A stretch of 64,000 nt of DNA from contig CAZIQO010000002.1 in assembly GCA_964541465.1 (NCBI GenBank), forward strand, positions 710 to 64,709. The letters are read 5' to 3'. The stretch is from an uncultured Oscillospiraceae bacterium (GTDB lineage Bacteria > Bacillota > Clostridia > Christensenellales > CAG-138). This document shows positions 9,143 through 18,352 of this stretch, piece after piece (within the stretch, counting starts at the first letter, position 1; each line of letters starts with the position of its first letter). Both the position numbers and the translations under genes were made by a program. The notes beneath the pieces are model-generated. The model was not told the origin of the DNA, made no database searches, and worked only from the letters and a program-made list of their open reading frames with translations.

Positions 9143-10360
9143 TTACTGATATTCCTTCACGATGCCGACGAACTCCTCCGTAGTGAGCCCGCGCTTCACC
9201 TCCAGGCTGCGCTCCTTGACGCGGGTCAGAATGGCGGGCACGTCGTCCTCGTTTCGGATCGTAAGATTGAGCTTTTCCAGCCAGTAGCGGATGGAGGAGG
9301 TCCCGCTGCCCTTGCCGAGAACGATCGAAACGGGCGGCTGCCCCATCACGGACGGGAGGATGCCGTAGAGCGAGAGCGGGTGCTCCTTCTCCACGTTCGG
9401 CCACCAGGTCGCCGGCATGCCCGCCTCGATCTGGTAGATCTTGTCGCCCAGCACCGGCTGATTGCCGGGTATCTGCACGCCGGCGATCCGGCCCGTTTCG
9501 ATGCCCAGATCATAGAGCCGGTCGAGCTTGATCCCGCTGTCGTAGCCGTACGCCAGCTTGAGCGCGATCGCCACCTGCTCCGTCGCGCCCTGGCCGGCGC
9601 GGGGCCCGAGGCCGAGCAGCGTCGTATGCAGCACGCTCGCGCCCGATTCAAACGCCGCGAGCGCCGTGGCGGTGCCAAGTCCCAGATCGTTATGGAAATG
9701 CGCCTCGACGGGAACGTCGAGCGCGCGCACCGCCTCGCGCACCATATACTTTGCGCCCGGCACGGAAAGCGTGCCCTGCGTGTCCACGATGCTGCAGGAA
9801 TCCACCCAGCTGTGCTGTTTGATATAGCGGACCTTCTCGACGAACGCCTCGGCCGACAGGCGGGAGGAGTCCATCAGGAACAGATCGACGTAGAGCCCGA
9901 GCCGGTGCGCCAGCGCGCAGGCCTCGCACGCGGCCGCGACCGGTTTGGACAGCGGCCAGCGGTAGCCGTACTCCACGAGTTCGTCGTTGCTGGGAATCTC
10001 GATCACAACGCCGAAAACGCCGAGCTGCGCGGCCAGTTCCACGTCGTCCGTTCTTGCGCGGGAAAAGACGAATATCTTGCTCGGCAGCTTCATCCGAACG
10101 ATCTGCCCGATCGCCTCCCGGTCGGATTCCGACACCGCCGGCATGCCCGCCTCGATACGGTGCACACCCACATCGGCAAGCATGCTTGCGATGCGTATCT
10201 TATCGTCTCTTGTAAAGACCACGCCGGGCTGCTGTTCCCCGTCGCGCAGCGTTACGTCGTGCAGTTCCACCTTCTTTGGGAAGTGAAAGTCCTTCACCGC
10301 CCCCGGCGCATAGTCGGAGGGGCTTACAAAATAGTCGTCCGTTCTCCAGATCTCGCTCAT
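9143..10360 (-). CDS. HMGL-like / DRE-TIM metallolyase (pyruvate carboxyltransferase domain; IPMS/homocitrate-synthase-like)
   Basis: Motifs HDVTLRDGEQ and HFHNDLGLGTA (metal ligands). 405 aa. Confidence 0.85.
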   Translation of the reverse strand: MSEIWRTDDYFVSPSDYAPGAVKDFHFPKKVELHDVTLRDGEQQPGVVFTRDDKIRIASMLADVGVHRIEAGMPAVSESDREAIGQIVRMKLPSKIFVFSRARTDDVELAAQLGVFGVVIEIPSNDELVEYGYRWPLSKPVAAACEACALAHRLGLYVDLFLMDSSRLSAEAFVEKVRYIKQHSWVDSCSIVDTQGTLSVPGAKYMVREAVRALDVPVEAHFHNDLGLGTATALAAFESGASVLHTTLLGLGPRAGQGATEQVAIALKLAYGYDSGIKLDRLYDLGIETGRIAGVQIPGNQPVLGDKIYQIEAGMPATWWPNVEKEHPLSLYGILPSVMGQPPVSIVLGKGSGTSSIRYWLEKLNLTIRNEDDVPAILTRVKERSLEVKRGLTTEEFVGIVKEYQ

Positions 10361-10391
10361 TTCCTGTCGTCCTTTCTGTACCGACGGCTCG

Positions 10392-10418
10392 GGCGGAGGT
10401 TCCGTTTGAACCTCCGCC
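10392..10418 (-). other. intercistronic GC hairpin without U-tract
   Basis: ggcggaggtt-ccgtttg-aacctccgcc (10-bp stem) between the VOC and HMGL-like genes. Confidence 0.5.
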
Positions 10419-10462
10419 GCCGCCGGCCGTCAATCCACCCGATTCGGAAGCCTTCCGCCGTT

Positions 10463-10876
10463 TCAGGCGGCGAAGAACTCCCAGATATTTTTGTCGCAAT
10501 CCTGCACATACATCGCATAGGAACCGAAGCGATAAGCCTTCGGCTTTGCAAGGAACACGACGCCGCGTTTTTCAAATTCTTCGCAGACCTCGTCGACGTC
10601 TGCGGGCGTTTTCAGCTTCACGGACGTCAGGAAGTTATGCGCATCCTCCGAAAGGAGGTTCTCCTCGCCCATGATCGCGGCCACGGCGCTGCGCTCCCAG
10701 ATGCCGACCGTCGTCCCGCGGAAATAGTACTCGATAAAGTTCGGGTTTTCGAGCGTCGGCTGAATGCGCTTGGGCTGGAAACCGAACACGTCCTCGTAAA
10801 ACCGGCGTGCGCGCGTAAAGTTGCTCGGGAAAAAGCACACCGCGTTGATCTCGTCAATTTTTTCAAAACAGCTCAT
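10463..10876 (-). CDS. VOC (glyoxalase/bleomycin-resistance/dioxygenase) family protein, paralog 1
   Basis: 137 aa. AAGGAGGTA RBS before ATG 10876. Shares N-terminal ...IN.VCFFP.F...R.FYE.VFGF.P.R.Q and C-terminal NIWEFFA motifs with the proteins at 10909..11373 and 17893..18330. Confidence 0.8.
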   Translation of the reverse strand: MSCFEKIDEINAVCFFPSNFTRARRFYEDVFGFQPKRIQPTLENPNFIEYYFRGTTVGIWERSAVAAIMGEENLLSEDAHNFLTSVKLKTPADVDEVCEEFEKRGVVFLAKPKAYRFGSYAMYVQDCDKNIWEFFAA

Positions 10877-10908
10877 GTGATACCTCCTTGTGTGTGTTCC
10901 GTCGCCGC

Positions 10909-11373
10909 TTACTCGCCGCGCTCGACGAGCGCCGGACCGTCCCCGCCCTCGCACCAGGCGAAGAACTCCCAGATGTTCTTCTCGTTGTCGAGGAAATACG
11001 CCGCGCGGGAGCCGAACGAAAACGTCTCGGGCTTGCTGATGCAGACGACTCCCTTTGCGGTAAACTCCTCGTAGACCGCATCGATATCCTCGACCTTGTT
11101 GAGCTTGACAGCGGTCATGTAGTTATGGCCTTCCCCGCTGATAGCCTGTTCACCGAGGATTGGGCCGGCCTCCTTCCGGTCCCAGAGCGCAATGACCGTG
11201 CCGCGGAACGCATAGTCCACATAGCTGACGGCATCGCCCGTCTCCGCCGACGGCGGCTGGACGCGCCTTGGTTTGAATCCCCAGACCTCTTCGAAGAACT
11301 TCCTGGACGCTTCGAAATCCCTCGGGAAAAAGCAGATGCCGTTGATGTTGTCAAGTTTGTCCTTGTAACTCAT
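10909..11373 (-). CDS. VOC family protein, paralog 2
   Basis: 154 aa beginning MSYKDKLDNINGICFFPRDFEASRKFFEEVWGFKPRRVQ and ending ...NIWEFFAW. The track ORF up to 11493 is an extension. Confidence 0.8.
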   Translation of the reverse strand: MSYKDKLDNINGICFFPRDFEASRKFFEEVWGFKPRRVQPPSAETGDAVSYVDYAFRGTVIALWDRKEAGPILGEQAISGEGHNYMTAVKLNKVEDIDAVYEEFTAKGVVCISKPETFSFGSRAAYFLDNEKNIWEFFAWCEGGDGPALVERGE

Positions 11374-11527
11374 GCCAACCCAGTCCTTTCCTGATCTTCT
11401 TTGTGAACCGCCCGAACCGCCGCGGCTTTGCGCCGGATGGACGTTTCCGCCTTCCACGCAGGCGGGCACCGATAAAAAACCGCTGAAAAACAAGTGCGCA
11501 ATTACAATGGAGTGTTTTTAATTCATT

Positions 11528-11541
11528 ACATATGTTCATAT
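11528..11541. promoter_or_regulatory. operator-like box ACATATGTTCATAT (identical 14-mer at 27409..27422)
   Basis: Lies 12 nt downstream of the -10 of the minus-strand promoter at 11553..11582. Contains the palindrome ACATATGT. Confidence 0.55.
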
Positions 11542-11552
11542 ATTCATATAGC

Positions 11553-11582
11553 ATTATATCAATCGTATGGTGAGCCTGTCAA
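11553..11582 (-). promoter_or_regulatory. sigma-A-type promoter with extended -10 (VOC/HMGL/thiolase operon)
   Basis: On the minus strand: TTGACA (11577..11582), 18-nt spacer ending in TG, then TATAAT (11553..11558). Confidence 0.65.
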
Positions 11583-11763
11583 CCGATTTTCCATTCTTTT
11601 TTCGCTGATGAATGCAGATAGAAACGGTGCTGCTTCGCGGCGGTTTGCCGCTTCTGCACGATAGGATGAGAAGGCGCGCCCGTTTCCGTTCCGCGCGCCG
11701 GCGCAGGCCTGCGGAGAGCCGGTTCGTCGGCTCCCCGCGTGAAAACAGGCACGAATGTTCCGG

Positions 11764-12732
11764 TTATTTCTGACAGACGGGAGATTTGCGGTACAGTTCG
11801 ACAAACGCGGGCACCGAGCAGAATTCCTCCCACGTCAGCCCGCACTCGCCAAGCTCGCGCGGGTTCTGAATCCCCTTCTTGTAATCGCCGTGGTAATCCG
11901 AACCGCCGGAGTAGAAAATGCGTCCGTGGACGTGCCGCTCGACGTCCGCCCAGATTTCCTCGCGGGGGCGCTTATCGCGGCAGGTCGTCTTGTCGTAGGT
12001 GTAGCGGATCTCGATTCCGTCGAGCCCGCCCGCGATCAGCCGGTCGATGAACGTCCAGCGCGGCATCGTCTCGCCGCCGGATTCGACCTGCTCGTCGATC
12101 AGGTACGGGTGCGCAAGGATGGCGATTCCGCCCGCGTCGTGCAGAAGGCGGATCACCTTCAGCGCGTCCGGCTTCTTGCGCTTGACGCCGAAATAGGGAT
12201 CTTCGCGCACAAACAGCTTCGCCGCGCTCCAGTCCGGGAAATACCCTTTTTTTGCGAGCAGATCGAAGATGCGCTTCTTCTGCAGATCCCGAAGTTCGAT
12301 CCTCTCGGGCCCGCTGGAAAGCACCTCGTCGAGCGTGATCCGATACCCGCGCTCGTCGAGCCGCCGGATCGTCTCGGCGTAGGACTCGGCCTTGCTGCCC
12401 GAAACCGCCGCCACCTCCGCGAGGATGGCTGCGTTGTTCCAGTCGCATCCGAGGCCGACGATATGGACGTCCTCCACCTGCGTTTCACAGGAGAATTCGA
12501 TCCCGCGCAGCAGGCACAGCCCGCGCGCCGCGGCGCAGGCGCAGATCTCCTCCGTCGTCCCGTCCGGCTTGAGCACCTCGGACGGCGCGATCACGTCGTG
12601 GTCGCTGATCACGACCACCTTGAGATCGCGGCGCACGGCGTTGCGCACAAATTCGTACGGCGTGTCGTTCCCGTCGGAATGGTTCGTATGCGCGTGCATC
12701 TCGCACGGATAGGTCGCCTTGCCGCTGTTCAC
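11764..12732 (-). CDS. PHP-domain metal-dependent phosphoesterase
   Basis: N-terminal CEMHAHTNHSDG and VISDHD motifs of the PHP family. GTG start overlaps the upstream aldolase stop (GTGA). Confidence 0.8.
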   Translation of the reverse strand: MNSGKATYPCEMHAHTNHSDGNDTPYEFVRNAVRRDLKVVVISDHDVIAPSEVLKPDGTTEEICACAAARGLCLLRGIEFSCETQVEDVHIVGLGCDWNNAAILAEVAAVSGSKAESYAETIRRLDERGYRITLDEVLSSGPERIELRDLQKKRIFDLLAKKGYFPDWSAAKLFVREDPYFGVKRKKPDALKVIRLLHDAGGIAILAHPYLIDEQVESGGETMPRWTFIDRLIAGGLDGIEIRYTYDKTTCRDKRPREEIWADVERHVHGRIFYSGGSDYHGDYKKGIQNPRELGECGLTWEEFCSVPAFVELYRKSPVCQK

Positions 12733-13565
12733 AGCTTTACGTCCTCCCCGCCGAAGAGGCGGATATACTTGCTCATTTCATTGCGGCACGCCTCGTAGAC
12801 CGCAAGATCGAATTTCACCGGCGCGATGTCGGTTTTGAGCAGTTCGCGCGCGGTGTTCAGATAGATGTTCTTAAGCGCGGTGGAGATGTTGATCTTGGCC
12901 GCCCCGAGCGCGACGAGCTTATGGAAGGTCTCTTCGGACAACCCCGTCCCGCCGTGCACGACCAGCGGCGTTTCACGCCTGCCGAGCTGTTCCACGAGTT
13001 CGTAGTTGAGCTTGGGCGCGTGCTTGTATACGCCGTGCGCCGTGCCGATGGCCGGCGCGATCGCGTCGATGCCGGAGGCCTTGACGAACGCCACGGTGTC
13101 GTCGTAGTTCGCCGCGCTGCCCGCCCCGCCGGAGATCTCGTCCTCCACGCCGGAGATCACGCCGATCTCGCCCTCGACCGCCACGCCGCGCGCGTGCGCG
13201 TAGCGGACGACCTCGCCGGTCTTTTCGATGTTCTGCTGCAGCGGCAGCGCCGAAAAGTCCATCATCACCGCGTCCCAGCCCGCGTCCACGCAGGCGAGCG
13301 CAAGCGCCGTATCCCGGCAGTGATCCAGATGCAGCGCAACGCGCACACGCGCGTTTTTGCGAAGGATCTGCACCATATCGAAGATGGGCTGAACGCCGTA
13401 GCTCTTGACCGTGGAGCTCGAAGGCTGCAGGATCACGTCCCGCCTGGCCTGCTCCGCCGCCTCGATGATCGCGCGCGCGGTCGAATAGTTCAGGATGTTG
13501 ATGGACGCCGTGCCGGTCCTGGTCCGCTGGCTGTCCCTGAGAATGTCGATAAACAGATTGTCCAT
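12729..13565 (-). CDS. class II ketose-bisphosphate aldolase family protein (FBA/tagatose-bisphosphate aldolase fold)
   Basis: Motifs HLDH, EGEIG, GTAHG and HGGTG. ATG 13565 is preceded by GGAGGAAG. The track ORF up to 13613 is an extension. Confidence 0.85.
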   Translation of the reverse strand: MDNLFIDILRDSQRTRTGTASINILNYSTARAIIEAAEQARRDVILQPSSSTVKSYGVQPIFDMVQILRKNARVRVALHLDHCRDTALALACVDAGWDAVMMDFSALPLQQNIEKTGEVVRYAHARGVAVEGEIGVISGVEDEISGGAGSAANYDDTVAFVKASGIDAIAPAIGTAHGVYKHAPKLNYELVEQLGRRETPLVVHGGTGLSEETFHKLVALGAAKINISTALKNIYLNTARELLKTDIAPVKFDLAVYEACRNEMSKYIRLFGGEDVKL

Positions 13566-13636
13566 GGTTCTTCCTCCATTTGATGCAGGTTCGTCCGCGG
13601 CCGCGCGGCGCATAAAGCGGTTCTGCCCGCCCGCCG

Positions 13637-14608
13637 TCAGAGCCCGAGCCCCCTGCGGTTCACGATAAACGCCGGCTGCTTTCCGGCAAGATAGTCGGCG
13701 ATTCCTTCCGCGGCGGTCATCGCCACGCGCTCCACGCTCTCTTTCGTCAGTCCCGCACAGTGCGGACTTACGATGAGGTTCGGCGCCGAAAAGAGCGGCT
13801 TTTCCAGTTTCGGCGGCTCCGGTTCAAATACGTCCAGCGCCGCGCCGGCAAGCCTGTTGCCGATCAAAGCCGCCGCGAGCGCGTCCTCGTCGACGATCCC
13901 ACCGCGCGACGTGCAGATCAGATACGCGGCGGGTTTGAGCAGTGCGAGCTTCTCGGCGTTCAGCAGGTTCCGCGTGTCCGGCAGCAGCGGCAGATGCACC
14001 GAAAGCGCGTCGCACCCGGTCAGCACCTCGTCGATCGAGGCGCAGAGCGTCACGTAATCCGGCGCTTTTGTGATAAACGGATCGTACGCCAGAACGGGCA
14101 TGCCGAGCGCCGCGTGCGCCATCTGCGCCATCCGGCGGCCGATGTTGCCGTAGCCCAGTACGCCGAGCGTCTTGCCCTGCAGTTCCACAGACTTGTATTC
14201 GCGGCGCGCCTGAAAGTTCCCGGCGCGTACGTTCGCGTCCATGTAGACGATGCGCTTGCTCAGCGCGAGCAGCTGCGAGAGCGCATGCTCGGCCACCGAC
14301 TGCGCGTTTGCCTGCGGCGTATTCAGCACGAGAATGCCGCGTTTCGTCGCCGCGTCCACATCGACGCTGTCCACGCCGACGCCCGTGCGGCTGACGACCT
14401 TGAGCGTTCCGGCCGCGTCCATGAATTCCGCCGTGATCTTCGCCCACGTGCCGATCTGCAGACAGACCGCGCCGCGGCAGGCGGCTAAAAGCTCGTTTGC
14501 GTCGTTGCCCGTCACCACCGTCACGTCGCCGCTGTGCCGCAGGTATTCCACGATGTTCGGATCGGTCCTCTGACCGATCACGATTTTCTTTCCCATTTTT
14601 CCTTTCAC
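13637..14608 (-). CDS. D-isomer 2-hydroxyacid dehydrogenase (phosphoglycerate-dehydrogenase-like)
   Basis: GVLGYGNIGRRMAQMA NAD fold, plus SRGG.VDE.AL and GAALDVF motifs. The start could be GTG 14608 (overlapping the upstream stop) or ATG 14596. Confidence 0.85.
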   Translation of the reverse strand: MKGKMGKKIVIGQRTDPNIVEYLRHSGDVTVVTGNDANELLAACRGAVCLQIGTWAKITAEFMDAAGTLKVVSRTGVGVDSVDVDAATKRGILVLNTPQANAQSVAEHALSQLLALSKRIVYMDANVRAGNFQARREYKSVELQGKTLGVLGYGNIGRRMAQMAHAALGMPVLAYDPFITKAPDYVTLCASIDEVLTGCDALSVHLPLLPDTRNLLNAEKLALLKPAAYLICTSRGGIVDEDALAAALIGNRLAGAALDVFEPEPPKLEKPLFSAPNLIVSPHCAGLTKESVERVAMTAAEGIADYLAGKQPAFIVNRRGLGL

Positions 14609-16056
14609 CTCGTGCTCGTCCGGATGCGAACGTGCTTGACATGCAGGTATTCGTACAGCCCCTCCGGGCCGTGCTCGTGGCCGAACCCGCTGTCGTACCA
14701 GCCGCCGTACGGCGCGTTGATCACGCCGGCGTCCACGTTGTTGATGGCCACGTTGCCCGCGTTGAGCTCTTCGGCAAACCGCGCGGCGAGCGAAAGGCTC
14801 TCCGTATATGCGATGGCGGCCAGACCGTAGCGGCAGTCGTTGGCAAGGCGGATCGCCTCGTCGACCGTATCGAACGGCATCACGCCCACCGCCGGGCCGA
14901 ACGTTTCCTCGCGCATGACGAGCATATCGTGGTTCGCGTCCCGCAGGATCGCCGGTTCGAAGAAATTGCCCTTCTCATAGGCCTCGCCCGCCGGTTTCTT
15001 CCCGCCGCAGACGAGCTTCGCGCCTTTGCCGAGCGCGTCCGCGATATGCGTCTTCACCGTTTCCACGCCCTTTTTCGTGCACATCGGGCCGAGATCGAAC
15101 CGCCCGGTCAGACCGCTTCCGATCGTGAGCGCGCATGTTTTTTCGGCGAACCGCTTCAGGAATTCCTCGTAAACCGGCCGCTGCACGTAGATGCGGTTGA
15201 CCGCGATGCAGATCTGCCCCATGTTCCGGAAGCTCCTGCGCGTCGCGCCGACGGCGGCCGCCTCGAGGTTCGCGTCCTCGCAGACGATCATCGGCAGACT
15301 CCCGCCGAGTTCGAGCGAAAGATGCCGCAACGAATCCACGCTGCCGGCCATGATGGTTTTGCCGACCGACGTCGAACCGGTGAAGGCGATCTTCCTGATC
15401 GACCTGTCGCCAAGCAGATATCCGCCGACCGCGCCGCCGCGCCCGCTGATTACGTTGAGCACGCCGTTCGGAATCGGCGCCTCCGTCATGGCCTCAACGA
15501 ACGCGATGGGGCTCAGCGGCGTTTCCGACGGCACCTTGAGGATGCACGCGCAGCCGGATGCGATCGAAGCGGCCACCTTCCAAGCCATCAGCTCGATCGG
15601 GTAGTTCCACGGGGAGATGCATGCGACCACGCCGATCGGCTGATAGATTACGCTGCTGACGAACTCGCGGCCGGCGGCGTTCGGAATGATGCGCCCGTAG
15701 ATGCGCTCGCCCTCCTCGGCGTAGTAGCGCAAAATCTCGGCACCCTTCTTCACCTCGCCGAGCGCCTCCAGATACGGCTTGCCCTGCTCGGTGGTCAGAA
15801 TCCCGGCGATCTCCTCCGCGTGCCGGAGCACGCCTTCGGACGCCGCGCGCAATACGGCGCCGCGCGCCTGCGGCGTCTGTTTCGCCCAGGCCGGAAACGC
15901 CCGGTTCGCCGCGGCGACGGCGCGCCCGATATCCTCGCCGGACGCGGCGGGGACCTGCCCCGCGCGTTCGCCGTTTGCCGGGTTCTGCACTTCGATGACG
16001 GCGCCGGCGAGCGCGTCGCACCACGCGCCGTCGATGAGCATTCGTTTGTTCCACAT
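14605..16056 (-). CDS. NAD(P)+-dependent aldehyde dehydrogenase (second copy)
   Basis: 483 aa ALDH family with LELGGSLP and catalytic-Cys region FRNMGQICIAVNRIYV. Confidence 0.9.
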   Translation of the reverse strand: MWNKRMLIDGAWCDALAGAVIEVQNPANGERAGQVPAASGEDIGRAVAAANRAFPAWAKQTPQARGAVLRAASEGVLRHAEEIAGILTTEQGKPYLEALGEVKKGAEILRYYAEEGERIYGRIIPNAAGREFVSSVIYQPIGVVACISPWNYPIELMAWKVAASIASGCACILKVPSETPLSPIAFVEAMTEAPIPNGVLNVISGRGGAVGGYLLGDRSIRKIAFTGSTSVGKTIMAGSVDSLRHLSLELGGSLPMIVCEDANLEAAAVGATRRSFRNMGQICIAVNRIYVQRPVYEEFLKRFAEKTCALTIGSGLTGRFDLGPMCTKKGVETVKTHIADALGKGAKLVCGGKKPAGEAYEKGNFFEPAILRDANHDMLVMREETFGPAVGVMPFDTVDEAIRLANDCRYGLAAIAYTESLSLAARFAEELNAGNVAINNVDAGVINAPYGGWYDSGFGHEHGPEGLYEYLHVKHVRIRTSTR

Positions 16057-16071
16057 CGTCGTTTTCTCCGG

Positions 16072-16968
16072 TTATGAAATCAGTCCCGCGCCGCGGAGCG
16101 TGTCCGCGATCGATTGCCGGACCGGTTCCGCAAGCGGAAGCACCGGCAGGCGCGGATACCCGCCGGCAAACCCGGCCAGATCCATGGCGCACTTGACCGC
16201 CGCCACGCCGCCCTTGCCGGAGACCGCGTGATTGAGGCGGACGATCTCGCGGTTGAGCGCGAAGCATGCCTCGTACTGTTTTTCGGCAAAGAGCGTGTAG
16301 AGCTTCGCCGTCATGTCGGGGAACGCGTCCGCCAGCGAGATCACGCCGCCCGCCGCGCCGCCGATCAGCGCGCTGAGAAAGAAGTTGGCGGAGCCCGCCA
16401 GAACCGCGAAATGTTCCGGCGCCGCCAGCAGGTAGGAGTCCATATTGCCCGTCGACGAGTCCTTCATGCCGACGATGTTTCCGTGCTCCGCAAGGCGCCC
16501 GATCAGCGCCGGGGAGAGCGTGATGCCGCCCGTGAACTGCGGCGCGCAGTACAGAAGGCACGGCTTGTGCACCGCGTCCGCCACATCCGTAAAATAGCGG
16601 TACAGCGCGTCGTCCGTCATCAGTTTTTTGAAGTAGCCCGGCGAAAGGAGCGTAAGGTAATCCGCGCCGATGCGCTCGGCCTCCTTTGCAAACCGGATCG
16701 TTTCATACGTCGATTCCGCGATGCAGCCCGCCATGACGACCTGACGCTTCGATTTATTTTTGACGATGATCTCCAGCACGCGGAGCTTCTCGTCCGTGAG
16801 CATATTCTTGTTTTCACCGTTCGAACCGAGCGCGAGGTACCCTTTCAGCGCGCTGGCCGCGTATTTCTGCATGTTGCGCTCGAGACCCGCGTAGTCGAGC
16901 GTGCCGTCCTTGAAAAACGGCGTGGTGATCGGCGCGAACACGCCGCCGAGCTGTTCTTTATGGTTCAT
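16072..16968 (-). CDS. DapA/N-acetylneuraminate-lyase family class I aldolase or dehydratase
   Basis: GVFAPITTPF, LGSNGE and the Schiff-base lysine context VGMKDSS. ATG 16968 has AAAGGAGGAAG upstream. The track start at 16986 is a TTG extension. Confidence 0.85.
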   Translation of the reverse strand: MNHKEQLGGVFAPITTPFFKDGTLDYAGLERNMQKYAASALKGYLALGSNGENKNMLTDEKLRVLEIIVKNKSKRQVVMAGCIAESTYETIRFAKEAERIGADYLTLLSPGYFKKLMTDDALYRYFTDVADAVHKPCLLYCAPQFTGGITLSPALIGRLAEHGNIVGMKDSSTGNMDSYLLAAPEHFAVLAGSANFFLSALIGGAAGGVISLADAFPDMTAKLYTLFAEKQYEACFALNREIVRLNHAVSGKGGVAAVKCAMDLAGFAGGYPRLPVLPLAEPVRQSIADTLRGAGLIS

Positions 16969-17028
16969 CGCTTCCTCCTTTTCCAAGACGCCGGCCGTCC
17001 GGCATTTTATCGGCGCGCGGCCTGCGGT

Positions 17029-17856
17029 TTACTTAACGTACGCGCCCCTGACGAGGTGCTTCTCCTCGTCCCATCCGGCGAGGATCTTCATCGCTTCCGA
17101 AGCCGCGAGGCAGGCACGCGCTTCGCCGCCGTTGTCGCCCCAGCGGTCGGTGCAGCGGTTGGATATGACGGACAGCACCGCGCCCATGCGCATGTTGTGC
17201 AGATACCCGACCACGAGCTGGCCGGCCGTGTCCATCTCGATATTCGTCACGTGCGCCGACTGCAGGTCCGGGATCAGCTTCTCCGCCCACGACGGCCAGT
17301 ACATGGAACCGTCGTCGGAAAGCGGCCGGCCCTGCCCGATGTAGAACGAGCCGACCGAATAGGTCAGGCCGAAGCCGTACCGGAAGCCCAGCCGTTCGCA
17401 CGCTTCCTTGAGCGCCCATACCACATACGTGTTCGCAAACGCGGGGAACGCCGGCTCCACATAGGAATCCGACGTGCCGTCCTTGCGGATGCACGCGACG
17501 GGGATGATCAGATCGCCGAGCTCGAACTCCGGCACGATGCAGCCGGTCGTCCCCACGCGGATGCAGGTATGCGCGCCCACGACGTTGAGCTCGTGGATGC
17601 AGATCTCCGCGCCGGGGCAGCCGATGCCGGTCGACGTCGTCGCAAGCGGCATGCCCTTGTACGTGCCGGTTACGGTTTTATACTCGCGGTAGTAGGCTAC
17701 TTCCTTCACGTTGTCCCAGTTCTTCGCGATGCGCAGCGTGCGGCCCGGATCGCCGGGCAGCAGCACGTATCCCGGGATGTCGCCCTTCTTGAGCCGCAGA
17801 TGGTATACGCCCGTGTTCTCCGCGTGCGGCGCGGAAGCCTTGTTGATCGTTTCCAT
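17029..17856 (-). CDS. PNP/UDP-family nucleoside phosphorylase (uridine-phosphorylase-like)
   Basis: 275 aa with LPGDPGR, STGIG.PG and VGTTG patterns typical of the PNP_UDP_1 fold. Confidence 0.8.
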   Translation of the reverse strand: METINKASAPHAENTGVYHLRLKKGDIPGYVLLPGDPGRTLRIAKNWDNVKEVAYYREYKTVTGTYKGMPLATTSTGIGCPGAEICIHELNVVGAHTCIRVGTTGCIVPEFELGDLIIPVACIRKDGTSDSYVEPAFPAFANTYVVWALKEACERLGFRYGFGLTYSVGSFYIGQGRPLSDDGSMYWPSWAEKLIPDLQSAHVTNIEMDTAGQLVVGYLHNMRMGAVLSVISNRCTDRWGDNGGEARACLAASEAMKILAGWDEEKHLVRGAYVK

Positions 17857-17892
17857 AGTGTATCCCTCTTCCCTTTTCTGTTCTTCGGCGTC

Positions 17893-18330
17893 TTACAGGA
17901 GTCCCGGGCCGTTGCCCTCTTCCCAAGCGAACACCTCCCAGATGTTGCCCTCGTAATCCGCGAAATACGCCGCCCGGGAACCGAACGGGTACGTCTCCGG
18001 CGCGCGCAGGCACTTCACGCCCCGCCCGACGAGTTCGTTGGCAATATCGTCCACGTCCGAAAGGGCCGGTACCTTGACCGCGATCATATAGTGATGTCCG
18101 AGCTCCCCGAGCGCCTCCCGGTCAAGCAGTTCCAGCACACCGTCGATCTGCCACATGGTGACGGCGGTGCCGTGAAAGTCAAATTCGGCGTAATTTGCAT
18201 GCTCCGCATCCGGCTGCAGGCGCTTGACGCGGAAGCCGAATTTCTCGGTATAGAACCGCAGGCATGCGTTGAAATCCTTGACATAGAGACAGATATCGTT
18301 CAGTTTGTTCAGTTTTTCCAAAGCGCTCAT
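17893..18330 (-). CDS. VOC family protein, paralog 3
   Basis: 145 aa beginning MSALEKLNKLNDICLYVKDFNACLRFYTEKFGFRVKRLQ and ending ...NIWEVFAWEEG. Clear paralog of 10463..10876 and 10909..11373. Confidence 0.8.
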   Translation of the reverse strand: MSALEKLNKLNDICLYVKDFNACLRFYTEKFGFRVKRLQPDAEHANYAEFDFHGTAVTMWQIDGVLELLDREALGELGHHYMIAVKVPALSDVDDIANELVGRGVKCLRAPETYPFGSRAAYFADYEGNIWEVFAWEEGNGPGLL

Positions 18331-18352
18331 CGGATTTCCTCCCTTAAAATAA

